A stretch of 64,000 nt of DNA from Eledone cirrhosa (lineage: Eukaryota). Under the pieces are notes generated by a model. The model saw nothing but the letters and a program-made list of their open reading frames with translations, did not search any database and had not been told where the DNA came from. The stretch lies in contig OZ024742.1 in NCBI GenBank assembly GCA_964016885.1, forward strand, positions 266,724,001 to 266,788,000, written 5' to 3'. This document shows positions 13,076 to 22,282 of this stretch, one piece after another. The translations under genes and the position numbers were made by a program. The stretch's first letter is position 1; each line of letters begins with the position of its first letter.

Positions 13076-16000
13076 TCCTTGAATCTCAGTCATTGATGTT
13101 GGTTAACTGGAAAGTCCGTTGGATTGAATATCAAGCCACTACCTGCAGCCTCAGATATTCAGGACGTATCGGAGGGTTCTTGCTGTTCCAAGCAAGCATG
13201 CCTTTTGAAGCGTTCCAAAAAGCGTGAAGGGGCCGATTTTCTTTAACCATCCCTGGAAACATTTGGAGATAGTCCCCAGTGCGCCTATGACAATCGGGAT
13301 CACTTTGACTTCATGGCAGTTCCAAATCCTTTTCACCTCCCACTTTAGGTCCTGGTATCGGTTAATTTTCTCCCTCTCCTTCTCTTGCACTCTCGTGTCG
13401 AACGGGCAGGCCACATCCACAATCAGACACGATCTTTTTTCTTTGTCCACAACCACCAGGTCAGGTCTATTGTGTTCCAGTTTTTTGTCCGTCTGTATCC
13501 TAAAATCCCACAGCACCTTCACCTGATTGTTCTCCATCACCGCCTCTGGCCTATGCTCATACCATTTCTCAGAATGTGGTAAATTGTTTACTTTGCACAG
13601 GTGCCAGTGGATCACCCTGCCCATCACATCGTGTCTCCAGCCCTTATAGTGGGTCTGGGCTAGGTGTTTACACTCGGACACAATGTGAGCCACAGTCTCC
13701 TCTCTCTCTCCACAGATCCTGCACAGTGGGCTAGCCTCCTCCTTGTAGATATGGTGCTTCAACCACTTCGTTTTGAGGGCCTGCTCCTGCGCAGCGATTA
13801 GCATTCCTTCTGTAGCCTTTTTGAGGTCTCCTCTTCTCAACCAGTTCCATGTCTGTGGATCTCTAAATTCAGTTTTCTCAAAGAAGGTACTATGAAGGGA
13901 TTTTCCCTTAAGGCTGCTCTTCCTCCTCGATGTTATTTCCTCCTTGGACATCCCCTGGCCTACTGTCCCCTCCTTCAGTACAGTTCTGAGCATTGGCTCC
14001 TTACTATAGGTCACGTATTTGTATAGGTTGTTTTTCTCCATCTGAACACAGTCCTCTATGCTGATAAGACCTCTTCCACCCTCAGATCTCCTTAGGTAGA
14101 GTCTATCGACATCACTCCTCTTGTGGAACATGTTGTAGATAGTCAATAGCTTCCTAGTCTTCCTATCCATTTCTTTTTGTTCAGCAACATTCCATCTCAG
14201 AATTCCCGCACTGTACCTAATAATAGACACAGCTCGGGAATTTACTGCGCTTATGGCATTTCTGCTGTTCAGATGTGACTTCAATACGCTCCTTACTCTC
14301 CGAATGTATTCAGTTCTTAACAATTCCTTCATTTTTTTGTTCTTTATGCCATCAGCCTCCAGAACGCCCAAATACTTGTATCCTTCCTCAGAGTCAATTT
14401 CCTTTATCATCTCACCTGTTGGTATCTGGATCCCGTTACTTCTGCTCAACCTACCCCTCTTCATCACAATGACTCCACATTTACCAATACCAAACTGCAT
14501 ACATATATCACTGCTGAAAATACGGACAGTGTCAACAAGCACATCCAACTCCTTCTCACTTTTCCCGAAGAGCTTAAGATCGTCCATGAAGAGGAGGTGA
14601 TTGATGGTAAGCTCTCCCCTTCCCAACTTGTATCCTGCTCTCACTTTTCGCAGCATAATGGTCAAGGGCATCAGGGCAAGGACAAACAACAGAGGGGACA
14701 GGCTATCTCCCTGGAAGATACCTCTCTTGATCTTCACGCTTCCCAAGGATACTCCAGTTGATGTCAACTCTGTCTCCCAGGACCCCATACTCCTGCCTAG
14801 CAACTGTCTGATGTTATCTGCCACCCTGAAGATCTCCAGGCTTTTGGTGATCCAGGAATGAGGCACCATGTCAAATGCCTTTCTGTAGTCTATCCATCCC
14901 ATGGCAAGATCAGTGTGTCTCCTCCTGCAATTCCCCATTACCATCTTATCAATAAGTAACTGGTCCTTTGTACCACGTGACTTCTTTCGGCATCCTTTCT
15001 GATCGTCCGGTAACAAGTTGTTTGTGTGGAGGTGATGGTAGATTTCCTCAGACACAATGCTCGTCAACAGTTTCCACATTACGGACAGACATGTGATAGG
15101 TCTATAGTTGGTAACATCATTACCCTTGATTCGGTCTTTCATTATCAGAACTGTGGAACCTTTTGTCAACCACTCTGGCACCTCACCCGACACCAAGCAG
15201 TCATTGAACATGGCCGTCAGCTTCGGGTGGAGGGATGTTAAATGTTTAATCCAATACCCCTGCACACCATCTGGGCCTGGTGATTTCCAGTTGGTTAGTT
15301 TTTTGGCCTGCCCCTTAAGAGTTTCAACTGTGATACTCAAATCAGTTTGTTGTTGTGCCTGCTCACCGATCTCCCTCTGTACTGTCTCAATCCACCCTGC
15401 CTGGGCATTGTGTCTAACATCCTGCTCCCATATTCCTCTCCAGAATGTTTTAGTTTGCTCCGCCCCAGGGATCAAGTCGTTGCCTCTTTCTTTCCCCTCA
15501 AGCTGTCCAAACAGCATCTTCTGGTTGTTGTCGAACATGCGGTTCTGTTTATACTGACTGACTCTGTTCTCGTATCGCCTGATTTTTGCACTCTTTGCTA
15601 CAATGCGTTGCTTCAGTTCCTCTATGATAATATTTAGCTTTTTCCTCCTAGTTTTGTATTTTATTTCCAGTCTATTTTTAGTGCCTATGTTTTTTAGTGT
15701 CCCATTCAGTAGTGACTCAAGCTTTCCTATGTCATTTCTCATTTCCCCGATTTGCCCACTCAGTCGTTTCTTCCACCACGGCTCTGCTCTTTCTTGTCTG
15801 TTGTTTCCTCTCGCTTTTATACCAAGTAGTTTCCTCACCGTATTTGCTGTTGCTTTGAGGATATTGTTGCACTGGTGAAGGCTCCTCGCCTCAAGGTATG
15901 GGATGACTTTGTTTACCTTAGCTGTTGTTTCTTTTAACTTTTTCCTGTCTACAAATCTTAGGTTCATAGGTCTCCCACTATCATTGTTCAATTCATCTAC

Positions 16001-16880
16001 CACTAAATTTAGGATGTCAACCGAATCTTGTCCTAGCCCGTCAGCATTCATCTCCTCAGTGGCCGTATCTCTGTTCCAGGTATTATTTATCTCAGTATTC
16101 AGATCATTGTCTGCTTCGGGTGGTTCCTCCGTTCTCAGGACCTCTTCACCTTCATTTCCCACTGGCTCGCTTGTCTGGCATACTACACCCGCCATCTCCA
16201 AGCCATTCACTCTGCTCAGTTCCTCCAGTTCCAGCTCGCTTATCCATCCATTAGTTCTTATTACCCGAGCCTGCCCGGCCAATTTTTGTTCATCTAATTT
16301 AAATAAACCAATCTCGTTCCAGATGTTATGCATCCGTCTCCTGTAGCCCCTCTCCCTGGGGTTACTTTTCAGGTAACATTGCATAACAGTTCTATTCAAT
16401 TCTTTCGTCCAGTTGGTTCTGGCCCCTTTCCTTCTTCTCCTTCCTCCAACATCAGCAGTATTTGGTTGACAGTCAGGTTCCTGCTGCTGAGCCAGGGGGC
16501 ACCTGTTGGGTGAGAGTCTGTCACATGACGTTCTAGTCTCCATTTCACCGTTATTCGAACTGTTTATGTTCGATATTTAAACACTCTTATCGAGGATTGG
16601 CGAATGTATGGTTACATATCCATCTGTGGATCCGCCATTCCACTTGGCCCTTGTGTGGCATTATCACCACGCTGTATACGAACACACATAAACAAACAAA
16701 CACACAGGCAGAAAGGGCCCCAAAAATGAATAAGCATAAGTTTCATTGTAATGTAGTGTTCGAATGTCTGACTTAGTTTTTGTTTTTTAAGTTTTAGTCC
16801 CCCCCCCCCCCCTCTTCTCTGTCCGTCCGCCTGCTTCTCTCTTCATTCTTATTTTCTTTACGTTTTTTTTTTTTTTTTAA
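13076..16880 (-). mobile_element. R4/Dong-clade LINE, family C, with intact ORF
   Basis: Single long ORF, ~330-bp 5' region, short 3' UTR; embedded in (TAA)n on both sides. Confidence 0.95.
13151..16543 (-). CDS. Dong/R4 polyprotein (RT, CCHC zinc finger, PD-(D/E)xK RLE), 1130 aa, uninterrupted
   Basis: WKSPGPDG, NYRPITCL, QGDSLSPLLF, FMDDLK, YKYLG, CRICG..H..C, RHD, RPDLVVVD..DVACP..K are all intact. Confidence 0.95.
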   Translation of the reverse strand: METRTSCDRLSPNRCPLAQQQEPDCQPNTADVGGRRRRKGARTNWTKELNRTVMQCYLKSNPRERGYRRRMHNIWNEIGLFKLDEQKLAGQARVIRTNGWISELELEELSRVNGLEMAGVVCQTSEPVGNEGEEVLRTEEPPEADNDLNTEINNTWNRDTATEEMNADGLGQDSVDILNLVVDELNNDSGRPMNLRFVDRKKLKETTAKVNKVIPYLEARSLHQCNNILKATANTVRKLLGIKARGNNRQERAEPWWKKRLSGQIGEMRNDIGKLESLLNGTLKNIGTKNRLEIKYKTRRKKLNIIIEELKQRIVAKSAKIRRYENRVSQYKQNRMFDNNQKMLFGQLEGKERGNDLIPGAEQTKTFWRGIWEQDVRHNAQAGWIETVQREIGEQAQQQTDLSITVETLKGQAKKLTNWKSPGPDGVQGYWIKHLTSLHPKLTAMFNDCLVSGEVPEWLTKGSTVLIMKDRIKGNDVTNYRPITCLSVMWKLLTSIVSEEIYHHLHTNNLLPDDQKGCRKKSRGTKDQLLIDKMVMGNCRRRHTDLAMGWIDYRKAFDMVPHSWITKSLEIFRVADNIRQLLGRSMGSWETELTSTGVSLGSVKIKRGIFQGDSLSPLLFVLALMPLTIMLRKVRAGYKLGRGELTINHLLFMDDLKLFGKSEKELDVLVDTVRIFSSDICMQFGIGKCGVIVMKRGRLSRSNGIQIPTGEMIKEIDSEEGYKYLGVLEADGIKNKKMKELLRTEYIRRVRSVLKSHLNSRNAISAVNSRAVSIIRYSAGILRWNVAEQKEMDRKTRKLLTIYNMFHKRSDVDRLYLRRSEGGRGLISIEDCVQMEKNNLYKYVTYSKEPMLRTVLKEGTVGQGMSKEEITSRRKSSLKGKSLHSTFFEKTEFRDPQTWNWLRRGDLKKATEGMLIAAQEQALKTKWLKHHIYKEEASPLCRICGEREETVAHIVSECKHLAQTHYKGWRHDVMGRVIHWHLCKVNNLPHSEKWYEHRPEAVMENNQVKVLWDFRIQTDKKLEHNRPDLVVVDKEKRSCLIVDVACPFDTRVQEKEREKINRYQDLKWEVKRIWNCHEVKVIPIVIGALGTISKCFQGWLKKIGPFTLFGTLQKACLLGTARTLRYVLNI

Positions 16881-16921
16881 ATTATTATTATTATTATTAT
16901 TATTATTATTGTTGTTGTTAT

Positions 16922-17672
16922 TCCTTGAATCTCAGTCATTGATGTTGGTTAACTGGAAAGTCCGTTGGATTGAATATCAAGCCACTACCTGCAGCCTCAG
17001 ATATTCAGGACGTATCGGAGGGTTCTTGCTGTTCCAAGCAAGCATGCCTTTTGAAGCGTTCCAAAAAGCGTGAAGGGGCCGATTTTCTTTAACCATCCCT
17101 GGAAACTTTTGGAGATAGTCCCCAGTGCGCCTATGACAATCGGGATCACTTTGACTTCATGGCAGTTCCAAATCCTTTTCACCTCCCACTTTAGGTCCTG
17201 GTATCGGTTAATTTTCTCCCTCTCCTTCTCTTGCACTCTCGTGTCGAACGGGTAGGCCACATCCACAATCAGACACGTTCTTTTTTCTTTGTCCACAACC
17301 ACCAGGTCAGGTCTATTGTGTTCCAGTTTTTTGTCCGTCTGTATCCTAAAATCCCACAGCACCTTCACCTGATTGTTCTCCATCACCGCCTCTGGCCTAT
17401 GCTCATACCATTTCTCAGAATGTGGTAAATTGTTTACTTTGTACAGGTGCCAGTGGATCACCCTGCCCATCACATCGTGTCTCCAGCCCTTATAGTGGGT
17501 CTGGGCTAGGTGTTTACACTCGGACACAATGTGAGCCACAGTCTCCTCTCTCTCTCCACAGATCCTGCACAGTGGGCTAGCCTCCTCCTTGTAGATATGG
17601 TGCTTCAACCACTTCGTTTTGAGGGCCTGCTCCTGCGCAGCCATTAGCATTCCTTCTGTAGCCTTTTTGAGG
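16922..17672 (-). mobile_element. Dong family C, 5'-truncated copy (zinc finger plus RLE)
   Basis: Near-identical to 13076-13826; 5' junction directly into (TAA)n. Confidence 0.95.
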
Positions 17673-17744
<72 letters not shown>

Positions 17745-17750
17745 GTTGTT

Positions 17751-17921
17751 GGCGACCTACGTAGTAAATCGTATCATCGTGAGCTCCGCAAAGGTTTGTT
17801 ATTTTCAGTTGTTTAAAATTGTCATTTATGGACAATTTTTATTGTTAACTGTATATAAGTGCACATACATTGTTTTCTGAAAAGGACACTCAAAAAGAAA
17901 GCATTATTATTATTATTATTA
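17751..17921 (+). mobile_element. Mini-Tx1: Tx1-B 5' leader fused to the Tx1-B 3' terminus
   Basis: 17751-17897 matches 20057-20203, then AAGCATT(ATT)n as at 25949-25997. Confidence 0.8.
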
Positions 17922-18110
17922 GGGCGGTGGATTGGCAGTATCGGTAGAGGGTCGGACGCCATGCTTTCCAGCATAGTTACGTCCCTTTACGATCTGAGTT
18001 CAAATCCCGCCGAGGTTGACTTTGCCTTTCATCCTTACGGGGTCGATAAAATAAAGTACCAGTAATGCACCGGGTGATTGTTGGCCTTGTGCCTAAAGTA
18101 GAAACAATTA

Positions 18111-18149
<39 letters not shown>
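17922..18149 (+). mobile_element. tRNA-derived SINE, full length, (TTA)n tail
   Basis: A box TGGCAGTATCGG, B box GAGTTCAAATCC, central GCCTTTCATCCTTACGGGGTCGATAAAATAAAGTACCAG (resembles the Meta/Sauria-type SINE core, from recall), 3' stem-loop. Confidence 0.93.
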
Positions 18150-18150
<1 letters not shown>

Positions 18151-20022
18151 AGTTGCATTTATCTTGCTTTATGTTCATACGAGTTATCACCAAGTCACAA
18201 CCAGTGACCTCAAGAGACAACAAGGTCCGCCATGTTCAAGAAAGAATATACATACTCACACATGCATCTTTAGTCTTTAGACTTGTGATGTACTTATATT
18301 GACAGAATCTTCCTTAGTATATGGGCAGTTCCCATTAGTACTATCTTTTGTATTTCTCCTATACGCGGGTTTCCTGGGATTTGCGATAAGTAATCATTAG
18401 ACCACTTAGGTATCATTCCCAGAGCGGCTACAACCACTGGTATTGTTTTAGTTCTCAATTTCCACATTTTTCCAATTTCTATCTCCAGGTCCTTATACTT
18501 GCTCAATTTTACCAATTTCTATCTCCAGGTCCTTATACTTGCTCAATTTTTCAAATGTTTTTATGGATACATTCTTGTCTATTGGAACAGACATATCAAT
18601 TAGCAGGCATACCCTCTTTTGAAAGTCCTTCAATATTATATCAGGTCTATTTGCATCTATTTTTCGGTCTATTTGGATGCTAAAGTTCCACAAGATTGAG
18701 ATGCGATCTTTTTCAAGTATGGGAGGTGGTTGATGCTCCCAACAATTCTTTTGATGGGGCAGGTCAAAATGCTTACACATTATCCAATGTATGTATTGTG
18801 CAGCTCTGTCATGCCTGTTAAGGTATTCGGTTGGAGCTATAGGACTGCACATTGAAATTATATGGTCAATCATCTCTGGTTGTTTTTTGCATACACGGCA
18901 TAATGGGCTGCATCCATTTTTTATTATGTTGGCTTAGTAATTTTTTGTTGGCAGACACTGATCTTGTGCTGATATAATCAGTCCTTCAGTTTCCGATTTC
19001 AGTCCAGAGGATGCCAACGACTGATGGGTTAAAGTTTTGTCAACATCAGAATTGTTAGCTCGCTCTGGGTATTTTCCATACAGAGGCTTTTCTTGCCATT
19101 TCTTAGCCAGTTTCTGTAGCAGTTCTTTCTTTGCAGTTACTTTTACCTGCTTTGCTTTTTCTGTGTTTTCCATTTCAGCAGTAAATGGGACTTCTGAAAT
19201 TTGTAGTCCATTACTGTATCTTTGTGCATCTTTTGTAATGGAATATGATCTTTTGATGCTTTCGTGTTTCAAAACGAGTTTGATCATCCAATTGTTGCAG
19301 TTTTCAACGCAATGTCTAACTGGATTAACCCACGTCCTCCTTCTTTCATAGGGAGATATATTCTATCTGTATCTGCCTTAGGGTGATGCATTCTGATGAA
19401 TTTTCGAATTTTTGTATCGAGCCTACGGATCTCTGTGCTTGACCAGTTGATGACATTGTAACTGTAGGTTACTACTGGTATGGCAAGCGTGTTTATGGCA
19501 TCGATCCTATTCCTTGCATTCAATTCTGTTCTTAAGATTGCTCTTACTCTGCGGTAACATTCCTTCCTTATCCTTTCCCTCATTGTCGAGCGCTTGATTC
19601 CGTCTCCTTCACAAACACATAGATATTTGTAAGTTTCCTCTTGATCAAGTTCTCTTATCACATTCCCCCGATCAAGATTAATGTCTGAACTTTTCAGCAG
19701 CTTTCCTCTGATGAACGTTGCTTTGGCGAATTTATCTAGTCCAAACTCCATTTTAATGTCATCACTGAACTGCTCCACAGTGGATAATAGCCCTTGCAAT
19801 TGTTCATCATTTTTTGCAAATAGTTTCAGGTCATCCATGTAGAACAAGTGATTAATGGTTTTGTCATAGACTTTATATCCATGTTTTGTTTCATTGAGCA
19901 TTTTACTTAATGGTATAAGTGCGATGCAGAATAAAAGCGGTGATAAAGAGTCACCCTGAAAAATTCCACAATTAATATTAACTTCTCCAGCTTCCAGTGA
20001 TTTTGTTTCACTATTCAAAAGG
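18150..20022 (-). mobile_element. Dong family B, second 5'-truncated copy
   Basis: High identity to 11059-12872; 17-bp deletion near 19285 and a ~40-bp tandem duplication at ~18472-18550. Confidence 0.93.
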
Positions 20023-20024
20023 TA

Positions 20025-20056
<32 letters not shown>

Positions 20057-20264
20057 GGCGACCTACGTAGTAAATCGTATCATCGTGAGCTCCGCAAAGG
20101 TTTGTTATTTCCGTTTGTTAAAAATTGCCATTTATGGAAAATTTTATTGTTAACTGTTTATAAGCACACATACATTGTTTTCCGAAAAGGATACCCAAAA
20201 AGATTGGGGCCTTGTGCCCAAAATTTTAACTTTTATTATTATCAAAAAATTTCTTTGAAAAAAA

Positions 20265-22248
20265 ATGGCTACTTCACCTCTGCACGAAGCAGCTGAAAGC
20301 CTTCCTCACAAAATAACACCTCACACCGACACCACCATTGTAAATGTTACTACGTTTGCCAACACAAAAAAAAATATAAGCAGTAGCAATATTTTAAATT
20401 TGTCTCAGGCAGACATTCATTTCCCGCCATTACCAATGACTGCAGGTGTTAAAGCCTCCACCACCACCACCACCGCGACAACCACCACCACCACCACCAC
20501 CGCGACAACAGAAACAAAAGAAGAAAAAAATAAATTAACTCGTGATGTCGAAATGAAATCAAGCAAAATGGACTCTTCCCCACCAAAGACGACGGACGTC
20601 ACCACCACCACAACTTAAACTAAAATTAATATTAACGATAGCAACAACAACAACAATGACATTATAACCCCCCCCTCAGTTTCGCCAGAGTAGCAAAACA
20701 ATTCGAAGCATTTACGGTAACTCAGGAAGATTTAGAAAATGCCAAACAAATCGTAAAGAAAGATGGGTACAGGGTCAGCCTCACCCCCCACCTAATAAAA
20801 TGGAGCATCGGCGCCTATGCACCGTGTCGTATAGAACAATAAATGTAAAATCGCGCCGAGTGGAACGGGCATCCGAGTCTCAAATCCAAAAAGCTTTGGG
20901 ACATGTGTGGGCAAGAAAAACCCACATCAGACGTGGGCAAAAGTATGGAACCGTGGATGTGTTCTTTGAAACACCAGAGGAGGCTAGAGAACACTCCATG
21001 GCCCCATTAAAAAGTGACGACTTCACACTCGTCCCAAGCTATTGTGGCCAGAGACTCGTAAAGATCAGGGTGACCCACGTTCCACCGGCCATCGAAATTC
21101 CCTGGCTAATAGCGGCTGTCCTAGCCAGCATCGAAGCCAACACGAAAATAATAGCAATAGCAAAAGAAAAGCAGGAAAACTGGTCCGGATCTGGGATGGA
21201 GCTCCTGATCCAAGCGGACCAAAAAAGCATTGAGGAGATCCCAGAGGTAATAGACCTCACTGACGGCAGCCACCTCACGGTAATTGTCGAGGGCAGAAGA
21301 CCTAGGTGTGTCGTTTGTGGTGAAGGAACCCACCTAAGGGCTTTCTGCCCTCAGGCTAAAAGGTTGAGACCACCTCTCCTACCCACCCCAGTGACACAAC
21401 CATCAACACCACCAGTAGCAGAGATGGCAGCAACAACTGTAGCAGCAACAACAGAAGCAACTATAACAGCAACAACCCCAGCAACAGTAGCAAAACCAAC
21501 ACCACTACCACCACCACCAAAACCAACACCACCACCACCCAACGCTTCAGAACTAGCACCAGCGCCTACACCATCCACCGCACCACAACCAAAACTAACG
21601 GCTGTGGAGGATTTTCCACTCCCCGGCCTATCACAACTGGAGACAGATTGTGACGACGAGGAGTGGGAAACGATATCCGGAAAAAAAAAAAGAAACCAAA
21701 AAAGAAAAAATTCTCTTCCTTCCCCCTCCAAAAACAAAATACAGAGGGAAACAAATAAACTAAGAAACAAAAAAGTTAGGACAGATATGCCACCATCCAC
21801 ACCAGCATCACCAACCCCATCAACCCAAACACCAACACCATCACCATCATTAACTCCAACACCACCATCACCTACACCACAAAAGTCACCAAAATGCGAA
21901 ACAGAAACAAACCCACAACAAACGCAAACAAAACAAAACAACCAAAACGATACACACTACACAGCATTAAATTTGAACAACAAGCAATTATTACACTACA
22001 TCCAACACAACACCAGCATCACAGAAAAAGACTACACAACAACCCCCAAATCCACACCACCTCCACACATACAAATCACTCGCATCACACAGAAAACGTA
22101 CATGACACTAAAACAAAAATTCCCCAAAGACATCGGAGACTTCCGACAAGCACTCTCCAGGAGGATTTATAAGGACATCCTTCCTGAGGAGGCCACAAGC
22201 AGTGAAAAGGATGGAAAAGCCGTCCTTCCCCTACGAGAAGTAAGGTAA
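20265..22248 (+). pseudogene. Tx1-B ORF1 (nucleic-acid-binding protein with CCHC knuckle), disrupted N-terminally
   Basis: ORFs 20265-20618 and 20800-22248; knuckle CVVCGEGTHLRAFC; Pro/Thr-rich tail; basic KKKRNQKRK. Confidence 0.85.
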
Positions 22249-22282
22249 GTGGTCTTTCCCATCTTTTCCACTCCTTTTCAAC

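Noticed and set aside
14253-16513. Antisense ORFs over the LINE coding regions
   Set aside because: Shadow ORFs of the retrotransposon frame.
17922-18015. tRNA gene
   Set aside because: A and B boxes are present but there is no cloverleaf or terminator; it is the head of a multi-copy SINE.
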